From Flavobacteriales bacterium (GTDB lineage Bacteria; Bacteroidota; Bacteroidia; CAIKAF01): DNA of 40,232 nt. The stretch covers positions 1 to 40,232 of the forward strand of contig JBIJBG010000003.1 in assembly GCA_044345355.1 (NCBI GenBank). The letters run 5' to 3'. Below are positions 18,758 through 28,813 of the stretch, one piece after another. Under the pieces are notes generated by a model. That model had not been told where the DNA came from, ran no database searches, and saw only the letters and a program-made list of their open reading frames with translations. Each line of letters begins with the position of its first letter. Within the stretch, counting starts at the first letter, position 1. Position numbers and translations under genes: made by a program.

Positions 18758-18765
18758 TACTTTTG
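18758..18765 (+). promoter_or_regulatory. Bacteroidota -7 promoter element upstream of aspS
   Basis: TACTTTTG 22 bp before the aspS ATG. Confidence 0.6.
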
Positions 18766-18787
18766 CAACAATCAATCTGTACTTGCT

Positions 18788-20542
18788 ATGTTTCGTTCTC
18801 ACACCTGCGGCGAACTGCGCCTCAGTGATGCCGGCAAAACCGTAACCCTTGCCGGCTGGGTAAAAAAAAGCCGGGATCTGGGCGGCCTTACCTTCATTGA
18901 TCTGCGCGACCGCTACGGCATTACCCAACTGGCCTTCAACATGGAGACCGACGCCTCCCTCTGCACGGAAGCCCGAAAATTGGGACGCGAATTTGTGATT
19001 CAGGTTACCGGCTCGGTAAAAGAACGCGAAAGCAAAAACCGGCAGATGCCCACGGGCGATATTGAGTTGGAAGTTTCCAACTTCAACATACTCAACAAAT
19101 CCATCACCCCGCCCTTTACGCTGGAAGAGGAAACCGACGGCGGCGACGAACTGCGCATGAAATACCGCTACCTTGATCTGCGGAGGGATACGGTACGCAA
19201 GAATCTGGAATTACGCCACCGTATGGGATCTGAAACCCGCCGCTACTTAGATTCGCTTCAATTTATTGAAGTAGAAACACCGGTACTCATCAAATCTACC
19301 CCGGAAGGAGCGCGTGATTTCGTAGTTCCTTCCCGCATGAACCCCGGCGAATTTTATGCCCTGCCTCAATCACCCCAAACCTTTAAGCAGCTGCTGATGG
19401 TTTCAGGGTTTGATAAGTACTACCAAATTGTAAAATGCTTCCGCGATGAAGACCTCCGTGCGGACAGACAACCCGAGTTCACTCAGATAGACTGCGAAAT
19501 GAGTTTCGTGGAACAGGACGATATCCTCGCCACATTTGAAGGGCTGGTACGACACCTTTTCAAAGCGGTGAAAGGAATCGATATTCCGCCCATGCCGCGC
19601 ATGACCTATGCCGATGCCATGCGGCTTTATGGTTCCGACAAACCCGATATCCGTTTCGGGATGCAATTTGTGGAACTGAACGATACGGTAAAAAATAAAG
19701 GCTTTAAAGTATTTGATGATGCGGAACTGGTAGTGGGGATCTGCGCCGAAGGGGCTGCAGAATTCACGCGGAAACAGCTGGATGAGCTCACCGAATTCGT
19801 AAAGCGGCCCCAAATAGGCGCCTCCGGATTGGTATATGCCCGTTATAACACGGACGGAAGTCTGAAATCGAGCGTAGATAAATTTTACGGAGAAGAAGAA
19901 CTGAAAAACTGGGCACAGGCGTTCGGCGCAAAACCCGGTGACCTGATGCTCATTCTGGCAGGTCCGGGCGACAAAGTGCGCAAACAGCTGAACGAACTCC
20001 GGCTGGAAATGGGCAACCGGCTCGGCCTGCGCTCCAAAGACAAATTCTCCTGCCACTGGGTAGTAGATTTTCCCCTGCTTGAATTTGATGAAGAGAGCGG
20101 ACGCTACCATGCCATGCATCACCCGTTCACTTCGCCCAAACCGGAAGATATTCATCTCCTGGATAGCAATCCGGGCTCAGTCCGCGCCAATGCCTACGAC
20201 ATGGTCATCAACGGAGTGGAGGTAGGCGGCGGATCCATCCGTATTTACGACCGTGATCTGCAGATGCGCATGTTTACCCTGTTGGGCTTCAGCGAAGAAG
20301 AGGCACGCCGGCAATTCGGCTTTTTGATGAATGCCTTTGAATACGGAGCTCCCCCGCACGGCGGAATCGCCTTCGGATTCGACCGGCTTTGTTCGCTGTT
20401 CGGCGGAGCCGAAGTCATACGCGATTTCATTGCCTTCCCTAAAAACAATGCGGGGCGCGATGTAATGATTGACAGTCCTTCGGCCATTTCAGAAGAACAA
20501 TTGCAGGAGCTGAATATATCCCTGCGCGGAGAAAAAAAGTGA
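18788..20542 (+). CDS. aspS: Aspartate--tRNA ligase
   Basis: [47 protein letters not shown] motifs. Confidence 0.98.
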   Translation: MFRSHTCGELRLSDAGKTVTLAGWVKKSRDLGGLTFIDLRDRYGITQLAFNMETDASLCTEARKLGREFVIQVTGSVKERESKNRQMPTGDIELEVSNFNILNKSITPPFTLEEETDGGDELRMKYRYLDLRRDTVRKNLELRHRMGSETRRYLDSLQFIEVETPVLIKSTPEGARDFVVPSRMNPGEFYALPQSPQTFKQLLMVSGFDKYYQIVKCFRDEDLRADRQPEFTQIDCEMSFVEQDDILATFEGLVRHLFKAVKGIDIPPMPRMTYADAMRLYGSDKPDIRFGMQFVELNDTVKNKGFKVFDDAELVVGICAEGAAEFTRKQLDELTEFVKRPQIGASGLVYARYNTDGSLKSSVDKFYGEEELKNWAQAFGAKPGDLMLILAGPGDKVRKQLNELRLEMGNRLGLRSKDKFSCHWVVDFPLLEFDEESGRYHAMHHPFTSPKPEDIHLLDSNPGSVRANAYDMVINGVEVGGGSIRIYDRDLQMRMFTLLGFSEEEARRQFGFLMNAFEYGAPPHGGIAFGFDRLCSLFGGAEVIRDFIAFPKNNAGRDVMIDSPSAISEEQLQELNISLRGEKK

Positions 20543-20777
20543 TTTTATCGTGTTATTAATGGGTTCAAGAATCATTTATAACAAAACCGGACTTAACACT
20601 TTCTTATTTATTTATGCCGATGTTACCGGACCCTTCAATCCAATTCATCATGCCAAACTTACTGTTGAATGCCGAATTTGTTGCGGAAGATTGGATGTTG
20701 AATGACTGATGCGGCTTGTTATAAATAAATTTACTTTGCAGGAAATCCGATAGATTTCAGGAAAATTTCAAAAAAAC

Positions 20778-20805
20778 AAAAAACGGAAGATATCTTCCGT
20801 TTTTT
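20778..20805. terminator. Bidirectional intrinsic terminator
   Basis: Perfect palindrome AAAAAACGGAAGAT-ATCTTCCGTTTTTT between convergent genes. Confidence 0.8.
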
Positions 20806-20815
20806 TACGCTCTGT

Positions 20816-21352
20816 TTATTGTATCAATTCTTTCAATTTCAGATGCTCCATTTTCAGCATTTCGCTGTAAAGATTGATCTGCCTGAAACTTGTGGCATTG
20901 CCTAAGCGCCCGCTGATTTTTTTAATTTTTCTCAATACCCGGTAATACTCCGGACGGGCGGCCTCTTCTTTTTCCAATCCTTCAATTATTGTTATCGTGG
21001 CCCTGGTTTTTAAAAAAGAAGACGTGGCCGGCGCAAATGCTTCAATATCACTGGCGATAGCATTGTCAAACGCGGCATTCATCCAATAACTTTCATCTAC
21101 CGGATAAACGGCTTCCACCTTCCTAAGCATATCGATGGTCCGGTATCTGAGCAATTTTCCGGAAGCCCTTAAAGCAGGCATGCGATTGATTCCTTCCAAT
21201 TGTTGAATACGATTACCCAATACCAGGCTAAAATCGGTCAACTGTCTGTCTAAATCTTTCACCGCAGCCAAATCTACTTGTTGAGAAAAAATGGGAGTGG
21301 TAAATAAAAGACAAAATAATGCGGCAAAAATGGTCTTACTTGTTTTCATCAT
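20816..21352 (-). CDS. Hypothetical secreted helical protein
   Basis: 178 aa, Sec signal MMKTSKTIFAALFCLLFTTPIFS-Q; own terminator downstream; no recognised family. Confidence 0.8.
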   Translation of the reverse strand: MMKTSKTIFAALFCLLFTTPIFSQQVDLAAVKDLDRQLTDFSLVLGNRIQQLEGINRMPALRASGKLLRYRTIDMLRKVEAVYPVDESYWMNAAFDNAIASDIEAFAPATSSFLKTRATITIIEGLEKEEAARPEYYRVLRKIKKISGRLGNATSFRQINLYSEMLKMEHLKLKELIQ

Positions 21353-21387
21353 GCGTGCATGTTTAAATTGTTACTCAAACTATTAAG

Positions 21388-21402
21388 ACAAATGCCGTGC
21401 CA
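21388..21402 (-). promoter_or_regulatory. Putative sigma-54 (-24/-12) promoter
   Basis: Minus strand TGGCACG-GCAT-TTGT versus consensus TGGCACG-N4-TTGC, 35 bp before the ATG at 21352. Confidence 0.6.
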
Positions 21403-21459
21403 AAAAAACCCCACAAACCGAAGCCGGCGAAAACGTAAAAAATTAGCTACCTTCGGTGT

Positions 21460-23418
21460 ATGAAACGCAACATCCTATCCGCTCTTGCAATAATCGTTTC
21501 CATATCATTTTGTTTCACTGATTTTCTTTACGCCCAACCCTGCACCTCGCAGCGCTATAAACAGCGCGTTTTCCCTAATGTGCAAAAAACAGCCGATATC
21601 CAATTCGCCACGGTGCAAAGCCTTCCTTCGGTATATGTCAACGAAACCCAGACCGTAACCCAAAACCTGTTTCTGGATGTTTGGCAGCCCGTAGGAGATA
21701 CCCTTCAGAAAAGGCCGCTCGTCATTTTAGCCTACGGAGGCGCTTTTGTACTCGGTACCAAAAACGATGCGGACATACAGGCCGCCTGTGATTCTTTGGC
21801 CCACTTGGGTTATGTAACGGCTTCCATCCAATACCGGCTGGGCCTGAACCCGGCAAGTACTTCTTCGGGAGAAAGAGCCGTTTACCGTGCTACCCAAGAT
21901 TATGCCGCCGCCGTAAGGTATTTCAAAAACTTCGCTTCTCTTTACAAAATTGATACCTCCGCCATTTTCGCGGGCGGATGCAGCGCGGGCAGTTTTGCCG
22001 CCATGCACATGGCTTACGGCGAGGACGATGAACGGCCGGCTTCCACGTTCGCCTCGGGTGGATTGTTTCCCGCACCCGATTTAGGCTGCATCAACTGTTC
22101 GGGAAACAGTTATCCCTTTTCGCACAAAATACGCGGCGTCATCAACATGTGGGGGGCTTTGGGCTACCTCACCTGGATTGAGCCCAATGATCCGCCCATC
22201 GTCAGTTTTCACGGCGACGCTGATCCGTTGGTGCCCTATACACAGGGATTTCCATTTACCGTAGGGGCTACCCTGCCCATGGTGTACGGCTCCGCCAAAA
22301 TTTATGAACGAACCCAGCAGTTAGGCATCCACCATGAATTTTACACTTACCAAAGTGCATTGCACCAGCTCTGGGGCGCAGGTTTAGAACAAACCTGGGT
22401 AGCGGGACCCACCGAGTTTCAAATTCCCATACTCAACGGCATCCGCCTGTTTCTTTACAACCAACTGAAACCCACATTTACCCAGCTGAGCGGCCCCGAA
22501 AATGCCTGTACGGGCGATGCCTTTTGGTATCAGGTTCCCTTGCGCACCGGATTCCGCTATTGCTGGCAGGTACAAAACGGGCAGATTCTTCAGGTACAGA
22601 ATAACCAAATCCGTGTGCGTTGGAACAGCCCGGGCACGGGACAGGTTTCCGTACGTGAGTTTAACCACCTCGATTTTCCCGCGGATTCTTTCCTGATTAG
22701 AACAGTCAGCATTACGCCCAAACCGATTGTTTCGGTACAGGCTCCTACACAGCTTTGTGCCGGCGATACCGCTACGCTCACTGCCTCAGGGGCGGCTTCC
22801 TATCAGTGGAACGGGGGAAACTGGTTGTCTTCAACCGCCGGATTTTCCGTACAGGCCTGGCCCTCGCAGAACGTGTCGTATTCGGTGTACGGTTTTTCGT
22901 CCGCCGGATGCGCCGACACAGCCACGGGAAGCATCGCCGTGTCTCCCGCACCGGTGGCTCCGTTTATAACACGTATCGGCAACACGCTTTCCGTTCCCCC
23001 GCAATACGCCGCTTACCAATGGTTTCTTGACGGCACGCTGATTCCGGGTGCCACGCTGTCCGCCACCCAGATTAGCGCCAACGGAGTTTATACCGTACAG
23101 GTGAGCAATGCACAGGGGTGCGATGCACTGTCTTATCCGTTTTCCATCAACAACCTTTCCACGGTCCAAAACGCAACAGAACATTGGCAGGTTTTTCCGA
23201 ATCCTGGCCGCGAAGAAATTTTCATCAAAGGCCCTGAAAGCGGACTTTTCCGCGTGGAATGGACCACGGTTTCCGGGCAGAAAATAAAAGAGGAAATCCA
23301 AAACGCAGAAAAAGGAATCCGGCTTACAACACCGCTTTCCGCGGGATTGTATCTGCTTTCGATTACGGAAACTGAGGGCCCACGGAGCATGAACCGCCTG
23401 GTGGTGGTTATGCCTTAA
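21460..23418 (+). CDS. T9SS type A secreted alpha/beta-hydrolase (esterase/lipase) with Ig/PKD-like domains
   Basis: YGGAF oxyanion region, GCSAG nucleophile elbow, HGDADPLVP; CTD VFPNP...AGLYLL..RLVV. Confidence 0.9.
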   Translation: MKRNILSALAIIVSISFCFTDFLYAQPCTSQRYKQRVFPNVQKTADIQFATVQSLPSVYVNETQTVTQNLFLDVWQPVGDTLQKRPLVILAYGGAFVLGTKNDADIQAACDSLAHLGYVTASIQYRLGLNPASTSSGERAVYRATQDYAAAVRYFKNFASLYKIDTSAIFAGGCSAGSFAAMHMAYGEDDERPASTFASGGLFPAPDLGCINCSGNSYPFSHKIRGVINMWGALGYLTWIEPNDPPIVSFHGDADPLVPYTQGFPFTVGATLPMVYGSAKIYERTQQLGIHHEFYTYQSALHQLWGAGLEQTWVAGPTEFQIPILNGIRLFLYNQLKPTFTQLSGPENACTGDAFWYQVPLRTGFRYCWQVQNGQILQVQNNQIRVRWNSPGTGQVSVREFNHLDFPADSFLIRTVSITPKPIVSVQAPTQLCAGDTATLTASGAASYQWNGGNWLSSTAGFSVQAWPSQNVSYSVYGFSSAGCADTATGSIAVSPAPVAPFITRIGNTLSVPPQYAAYQWFLDGTLIPGATLSATQISANGVYTVQVSNAQGCDALSYPFSINNLSTVQNATEHWQVFPNPGREEIFIKGPESGLFRVEWTTVSGQKIKEEIQNAEKGIRLTTPLSAGLYLLSITETEGPRSMNRLVVVMP

Positions 23419-23430
23419 CGTTAAGGCATA

Positions 23431-23455
23431 AAAAAAGACCCCGAAAGGTCTTTTT

Positions 23456-23456
<1 letters not shown>
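23431..23456. terminator. Bidirectional intrinsic terminator between hydrolase and tRNA-Ala
   Basis: AAAAAAGACC-CCGAAA-GGTCTTTTTT. Confidence 0.7.
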
Positions 23457-23532
<76 letters not shown>

Positions 23533-23655
23533 TCAGGTATGTCAAAAACGGATTTTACCCGTCACTTTTTTAACTTTTTTCGGTTTGTATCTTTAAAACA
23601 CTTCCCTCATAAAGCGGCACAAAAATATGTTTTTTTGTGATTGCAAGAAGTATTT

Positions 23656-24534
23656 ATGGCAGATTTCCCAATTCCATCCCCTATCCAACGCATCATTACC
23701 GACTTTCTGGGCGCCACACCCGTCTTCACGGGATTTGAGCGGAAAGGAGGCGGTTCCATTAATTCCGCGGCCATAATCCGCACGGACAAAGGGCATTTTT
23801 TTGCCAAATGGAATTCATTGGAAGGCCGCGAAGGCATGTTTGCCGCTGAAGCCGAAGGCCTCCGTCTGCTGGGTGAGACCCGCGAAATTAAGGTACCCGA
23901 ACCGCTGGGCTCTGCCGAAGAAGACAACACCTGTTATCTGGTGATGGAGCTGCTGGAATCAGGAGACTTTGACATTGATTTTTGGGAAGTTTTCGGACGG
24001 AAGTTAGCAGCACTTCATAAACACAGTCACAATTCCTTTGGATTGGATCAGGATAATTTCATCGGCTCCCTGCCCCAAAAAAACAGTCCCACCTCCACCT
24101 GGACCGACTTTTTCATCCGACACAGACTGGAGCCGCAGCTGCGCAGGGCGGTAGATGCCGGCAAAGCCGATTCCGCCGTGATGCAGAAGTTTGAAAACCT
24201 TTACGCCAAACTGCCCGAAATTTTTCCCGAAGAAAAACCGGCCCTGCTGCATGGCGACCTCTGGGGCGGCAACTTCATGTGCACCCTGGACGGAGAGCCC
24301 GCCATTTTCGACCCTGCCGTGTATTACGGCTGCCGCGAAATGGATCTGGCCATGACACGTCTTTTCGGCGGTTTTGATCCCGAATTTTACGAAAGTTATA
24401 TGGAAGCTTTTCCGCTGGCGCCCGGATTTGAAAAGCGGTTCGATATCTGCAACCTTTACCCGCTGCTGGTGCACGTGAATTTATTCCCCGGCTCCTACAT
24501 CCAAACCGTAAAACACATCGTGAGCCGCTTCTGA
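23656..24534 (+). CDS. Fructosamine kinase family protein
   Basis: GGGSIN, F.AEAEGL, DNFIG, LLHGDLWGGN, FDPAVYYG.REMDLAM; ATG 23656 or TTG 23641. Confidence 0.93.
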   Translation: MADFPIPSPIQRIITDFLGATPVFTGFERKGGGSINSAAIIRTDKGHFFAKWNSLEGREGMFAAEAEGLRLLGETREIKVPEPLGSAEEDNTCYLVMELLESGDFDIDFWEVFGRKLAALHKHSHNSFGLDQDNFIGSLPQKNSPTSTWTDFFIRHRLEPQLRRAVDAGKADSAVMQKFENLYAKLPEIFPEEKPALLHGDLWGGNFMCTLDGEPAIFDPAVYYGCREMDLAMTRLFGGFDPEFYESYMEAFPLAPGFEKRFDICNLYPLLVHVNLFPGSYIQTVKHIVSRF

Positions 24535-24538
24535 TCCG

Positions 24539-25255
24539 CTAATCAAACACGGTTTCCAATACCTCGCCCGATACAGGAAAAAACTGCGCATTTACATGCA
24601 GACGGATATATTCTTCCAACCGCCGGCGCACCATGCGCCTCACCTCGCGCGGATAATCAGCCATCAGCAGATTCCCCTGAAACAAATGCGACAGATACTC
24701 TGCCTCCGCACCGGATAAGGTATGCGCCGGATCGGTGAATGCATCCGCACAAAAAGCATGCATGGGAATGGAGAAACAGGGCGATTCCGCCGTATGCGTT
24801 CCCTGCGGCGATACCCCCATCAGCCCGATAAGTGCACACAAAAAAGCCTGGGGCAGATGCCTCAACCCGTTACCCTCATCCAACAAATGCATAAAATGCG
24901 CCACGGTACGGTACAGTTCTTCGTCGTTCTGTTCCTCCGGGTGCAGGCGGTACAAGGCTTCCGCCCAATACATGCACACGGACGACTTTTCGAGATCGTG
25001 CCGAATGGTGGCAAAAAGCGGATCTGAACTTACTGAATGGGCCGTAAACAACGTTTTGTTCTCCCTTTCGGAAAAGCTGACCTGCACATGGGCCATGGGT
25101 GAAAAGACCACGGATTGCCCCTGTTTTCCCCTTCGTCTGGCACCTCTCACCAAAAAGGAATAAAAGCGACCCGAATCCGACAGCATTTTTACGATCAGGC
25201 CCGAATCGCCGAAGGGAAAAGTTCTGACCACAAAGCCTGAACAAACCGTTTTCAT
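24539..25255 (-). CDS. recO: DNA repair protein RecO
   Basis: GFVVRTFPFGDSGLIVKM...GR..FLVRG N-terminal OB fold; directly downstream of porZ. Confidence 0.85.
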   Translation of the reverse strand: MKTVCSGFVVRTFPFGDSGLIVKMLSDSGRFYSFLVRGARRRGKQGQSVVFSPMAHVQVSFSERENKTLFTAHSVSSDPLFATIRHDLEKSSVCMYWAEALYRLHPEEQNDEELYRTVAHFMHLLDEGNGLRHLPQAFLCALIGLMGVSPQGTHTAESPCFSIPMHAFCADAFTDPAHTLSGAEAEYLSHLFQGNLLMADYPREVRRMVRRRLEEYIRLHVNAQFFPVSGEVLETVFD

Positions 25256-25262
25256 GAGGGCA

Positions 25263-27596
25263 TCAGTTGATGATGAGAATGCGGGTAACTTCCCGTTCCG
25301 AGCCGTCCGCATTGGCCGCAAAAACCAAATAAACACCCGTCTGGGCCCGGCGTCCGTTGAATCCCGTTCCCGGCCATACCGCAGATCCGCCGTTGGATCG
25401 GGTCTGGTAGATTACCTGCCCGCTGATATCGGTAATCTTTAATTCGGAGTCCGCTGCGAGGCCGGTAATGGTAATAGGCCCCGTAAACGATTCGCGCACG
25501 GGATTGGGAAAGGCGTACACGTTGCCGGAAAAACCGATGCCTGCCTCGGTGGCGTCCCCGCGATACGATATAATGCCGCCCTCGGTAGCAAAATATACCG
25601 TACCCGCCAGTGGATGAACCGCAATGGACAAGAGGTTATCCGAAATAAGCGGAGTATTGGACCGGAGAAAATGCTGCTGAATGGTGTAGCCGTCCTCGGA
25701 AATAAGGTAAGCCCCCGCACCGAAAGTAGCCATCCATTTGCGGTTTCCGCCGTCCACCGTGATGTCGCGGATAAATACCCCGTCAAGCAGTTTTTCGTTG
25801 TTGCCGTCGGCGGCTTTTACCACGGGCTGAATGCCGTTGAATGCCGTATTGGAAAATACGGAACCGGGATTGTAGAAGATGATGAATCCGTTTTCGGTAC
25901 CCACCCAAACCTCTCCGTCTTTTTCCTCCGTAATGCAGGTAACGAAAGGTGTGGGCAGTGAGCCCGTACCGATGTTTGTGTTGATGTTTCTTACCTGGGA
26001 AACAGACGAATAATTATCGTGGCGCACGGCATAGATGCCTGAGCCGCGCACGGAAATCCAGACATGACCGTTGGAAAGGGCTTTTACATAATTCACCTGC
26101 CCCGCACCCACACCCGGCACAAAAAAGGATTTCCAGGTGCCGTCAGGCCTGCGCACGGCCAGCGGGCGCGCGGTGTTGTTCATGGCTACCCAGACTGCGC
26201 CGTTATCATCTACCGACACGGAAGACACACTGTAGGTTCCGCCCGAAGACCGGGAAATGGCGCCTCCCGTGGTAGACGAGTCATAGCGGGCCGTTACGGT
26301 TTCTCCTTTTATCTCAAATAATCCGGAGCCCAGCGAAGACGCGTAGGTAACCGGCTCTGCGGAAGGCAGGGAGACTACCTGCAAAAAATCGGGCGCCACA
26401 TTCATAAGCGGCTGATTTTCGGTATTGAAATGTTTCCAGTTTCCTTCATCATCCATGGAAAACACGCCATCCACACGGAACAGCGGCGAAAAACCGGGGG
26501 TGGTTCCACCCGAAGCCACCCACAAGCGCTGCCCATCGTGCATGAGACGGAAGGCAAAGGAAGAAAACGGCCCTTTCGGGAAAAAAAAGTCGCGCTTATC
26601 GTAGTTAAACACGCGCATCACGCCGAACTGTCCGTCAGAAAGCCACGTTTCTCCGTTGGCGTCGGTAAATCCGCCCGCACTGCGGAAGAGAAGTTCATCA
26701 TTTAGGCGGGCATGGTCAGTGCCATCGGTATTTTTTACGATGACGGTAGCCGCAAAACCGCTTTCGGGACCCAGCATCACCACCATGCGCCCATTCTCCA
26801 CATTCAGGCTGCGCACGGTACGGCCCTGAAGCGAATCCCAAGCCTTCCAGGAATTGCCGTCATATCGGTAAATGGTATCCTGGTTGTCGATTCCGTTGCT
26901 TAATTTCCGCGAATAAGCCGCATACAGCGTGCCCTCGTGATTCACTACGGCGTTGTAGGTGCCCACAAAAATGCCCGGGTAGCGCACCCAGGCCCCGAAA
27001 TCCTGAAAAGCGCCGTTGCCCGAATAATAAAATAACCCACCTGCCGTGGCGGCCAACAGGGTGCCGTCATCGGCAAAATCAATGTCATTTACGGGCAATT
27101 CCAGCCCCTGGTTGTCGGAAAAAATAACGTATTGGGGCAGTTCACCCGCCAGCAGATCCACCACGGCAATGCCGAAATTGCAGGAAAGGTAGGCGCGCGT
27201 ACCGCGAATGCTGACGTTGTTGATGGTTTTTTCGTTTACGGCGGGCGAGTTGTACAAATCGCGGATGTTGACAATGCCCTCTTCCCGGATCAGGTCTATG
27301 TTTCCGTTCACGTAACCCACGAGCAGGCATCGGGCCTCCGGTGAGTAGCCCACGGCATTCACGCCTGCATCCGAAAGGCCGTTCACCGTGCTGTATCGGG
27401 TAATGCGCTTGCTTGATTTGTCCAATGCGTACACGCCCGTGGTGGTGCCCACGAAAACCCGGTCACCACCGTCGCATACGGAAGTGCCGCGGTTGTAGGG
27501 AAGGTGGATATCCCACTGACCCGTTCCCACCTGTTGGGCCTGAAGCGCCGGGGAGAGCAGAAAAAACACACACGGTAAAAACGCGATTATTCTCAT
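25263..27596 (-). CDS. porZ: T9SS attachment-complex protein PorZ
   Basis: GQW..HLPY, GLSD, GY.NGNID, VDGGNRKW, AFPNPVR, G..AQTGVYLV; porZ-recO synteny; start MRIIAF at 27596. Confidence 0.88.
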   Translation of the reverse strand: MRIIAFLPCVFFLLSPALQAQQVGTGQWDIHLPYNRGTSVCDGGDRVFVGTTTGVYALDKSSKRITRYSTVNGLSDAGVNAVGYSPEARCLLVGYVNGNIDLIREEGIVNIRDLYNSPAVNEKTINNVSIRGTRAYLSCNFGIAVVDLLAGELPQYVIFSDNQGLELPVNDIDFADDGTLLAATAGGLFYYSGNGAFQDFGAWVRYPGIFVGTYNAVVNHEGTLYAAYSRKLSNGIDNQDTIYRYDGNSWKAWDSLQGRTVRSLNVENGRMVVMLGPESGFAATVIVKNTDGTDHARLNDELLFRSAGGFTDANGETWLSDGQFGVMRVFNYDKRDFFFPKGPFSSFAFRLMHDGQRLWVASGGTTPGFSPLFRVDGVFSMDDEGNWKHFNTENQPLMNVAPDFLQVVSLPSAEPVTYASSLGSGLFEIKGETVTARYDSSTTGGAISRSSGGTYSVSSVSVDDNGAVWVAMNNTARPLAVRRPDGTWKSFFVPGVGAGQVNYVKALSNGHVWISVRGSGIYAVRHDNYSSVSQVRNINTNIGTGSLPTPFVTCITEEKDGEVWVGTENGFIIFYNPGSVFSNTAFNGIQPVVKAADGNNEKLLDGVFIRDITVDGGNRKWMATFGAGAYLISEDGYTIQQHFLRSNTPLISDNLLSIAVHPLAGTVYFATEGGIISYRGDATEAGIGFSGNVYAFPNPVRESFTGPITITGLAADSELKITDISGQVIYQTRSNGGSAVWPGTGFNGRRAQTGVYLVFAANADGSEREVTRILIIN

Positions 27597-27704
27597 TGGA
27601 GATGCAAATAACGGATTCCTGGGGAAATTATTCGGGGAAAAAATCAAAAATCCTTGGAAAAGGGAGGATTCTGGGGGGAAATTGGCGGGTGGCGGTTAAT
27701 TTTT

Positions 27705-27712
27705 TACCTTTG
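27705..27712 (+). promoter_or_regulatory. Bacteroidota -7 promoter element for tRNA-Arg
   Basis: TACCTTTG 8 bp before the tRNA. Confidence 0.7.
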
Positions 27713-27720
27713 CGTTCTCC

Positions 27721-27792
27721 GCACCCGTAGTTCAACGGATAGAATGCAAGATTCCGGTTCTTGTGATAGGGGTTCGAGTCCCTTCGGGTGCA
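27721..27792 (+). tRNA. tRNA-Arg (CCG)
   Basis: GCACCCG acceptor pairs with CGGGTGC; CAAGA-TTCCGGT-TCTTG anticodon arm; GGTTCGAGTCC T-arm; CCA not encoded. Confidence 0.95.
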
Positions 27793-27804
27793 CAGAAAGG
27801 AAAT

Positions 27805-27832
27805 AAGCCGTCTGAAGTTCAGGCGGCTTTTT
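27805..27832 (+). terminator. Intrinsic terminator after tRNA-Arg
   Basis: AAGCCGTCTGAA-G-TTCAGGCGGCTT followed by T-run. Confidence 0.8.
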
Positions 27833-28097
27833 AGTTTAGGCCGGGTGATCCTACTTTTTTGAACCATTTTTGGAAAAACGGAATAAGTCCATTTTGGGCA
27901 GATAAGCAAACCGTTAATTTACTCTCAAATTATCATCCCGGCACGTTTTTCCGGCCAACCTCTTTTTCACTGCTGCTCAGCAAAATGCCCGTGCGGCACC
28001 TAAGACCGTTTTTTATTTCCGCCTTTCATCGATAAAATATCACCTTCGGGGAGGATTCCCTTCATTGGCAGCAGCTTAATACTTTCGAAGAATTTTG

Positions 28098-28790
28098 TCA
28101 GGCCATCACGTCCATCAGCATGCTTTCGAAAAGAGCACGTCCGTCCGTGTTGGACAGGTAATCGGCCCAGGCGCGCTCCGGATGCGGCATCATCCCGAAT
28201 ACGTTGCGCCCCTTGTTGGTGATTCCCGCAATGTCGTCCAAAGAACCGTTCGGATTGGCTTCGGCGGTTCTGTTTCCCTGCTCATCGCAGTAGCGGAATA
28301 AAACCCGGTCTTCATCCTGCAGGCGCTTCAGCGTGTCGGCATCGCAATAAAACTTCCCTTCGCCATGCGCAATGGGTATTTTTAATACGCTTCCCCGCTC
28401 AATTCCGCGGGTAACCAAGGAATTGGATGTTTCCGTGCGCAGAAATACATTTTTGCAGATAAACTGTCTGGAATTGTTGTGCAGTAAAGCGCCTTCCAGC
28501 AGGCCGGCTTCGGTAAGTATCTGAAATCCGTTGCAGATGCCCATCACATAACCGCCCTTGCCGGCAAACTCCACCACTTCCTTCATGATGGGTGAAAACC
28601 GGGCAATGGCCCCGGAACGGAGGTAATCGCCATACGAAAACCCGCCCGGACAGAATACCATGTCGCAGCCCTGCAAATCATGCTCTTTGTGCCAAAGCTG
28701 AACCGGCTTCTTTCCCGACACTTTTTCCAGACAATACAAAAGATCATGGTCGCAGTTGGAACCGGGAAAAGTAATGACGCCGAATTTCAT
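28098..28790 (-). CDS. purQ: Phosphoribosylformylglycinamidine synthase subunit PurQ
   Basis: [38 protein letters not shown]. Confidence 0.97.
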   Translation of the reverse strand: MKFGVITFPGSNCDHDLLYCLEKVSGKKPVQLWHKEHDLQGCDMVFCPGGFSYGDYLRSGAIARFSPIMKEVVEFAGKGGYVMGICNGFQILTEAGLLEGALLHNNSRQFICKNVFLRTETSNSLVTRGIERGSVLKIPIAHGEGKFYCDADTLKRLQDEDRVLFRYCDEQGNRTAEANPNGSLDDIAGITNKGRNVFGMMPHPERAWADYLSNTDGRALFESMLMDVMA

Positions 28791-28813
28791 GTTCTGAAAG
28801 AGTTTTAAGGTCG

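Noticed and set aside
24539-27596. porZ-recO coupling as a novel link
   Set aside because: Widely conserved, already known Bacteroidota synteny.
27793-28097. tRNA-Arg as an integration site; weak CGGCACG sigma-54-like motif near 27940
   Set aside because: No duplicated tRNA 3' end, integrase or credible downstream ORF seen.
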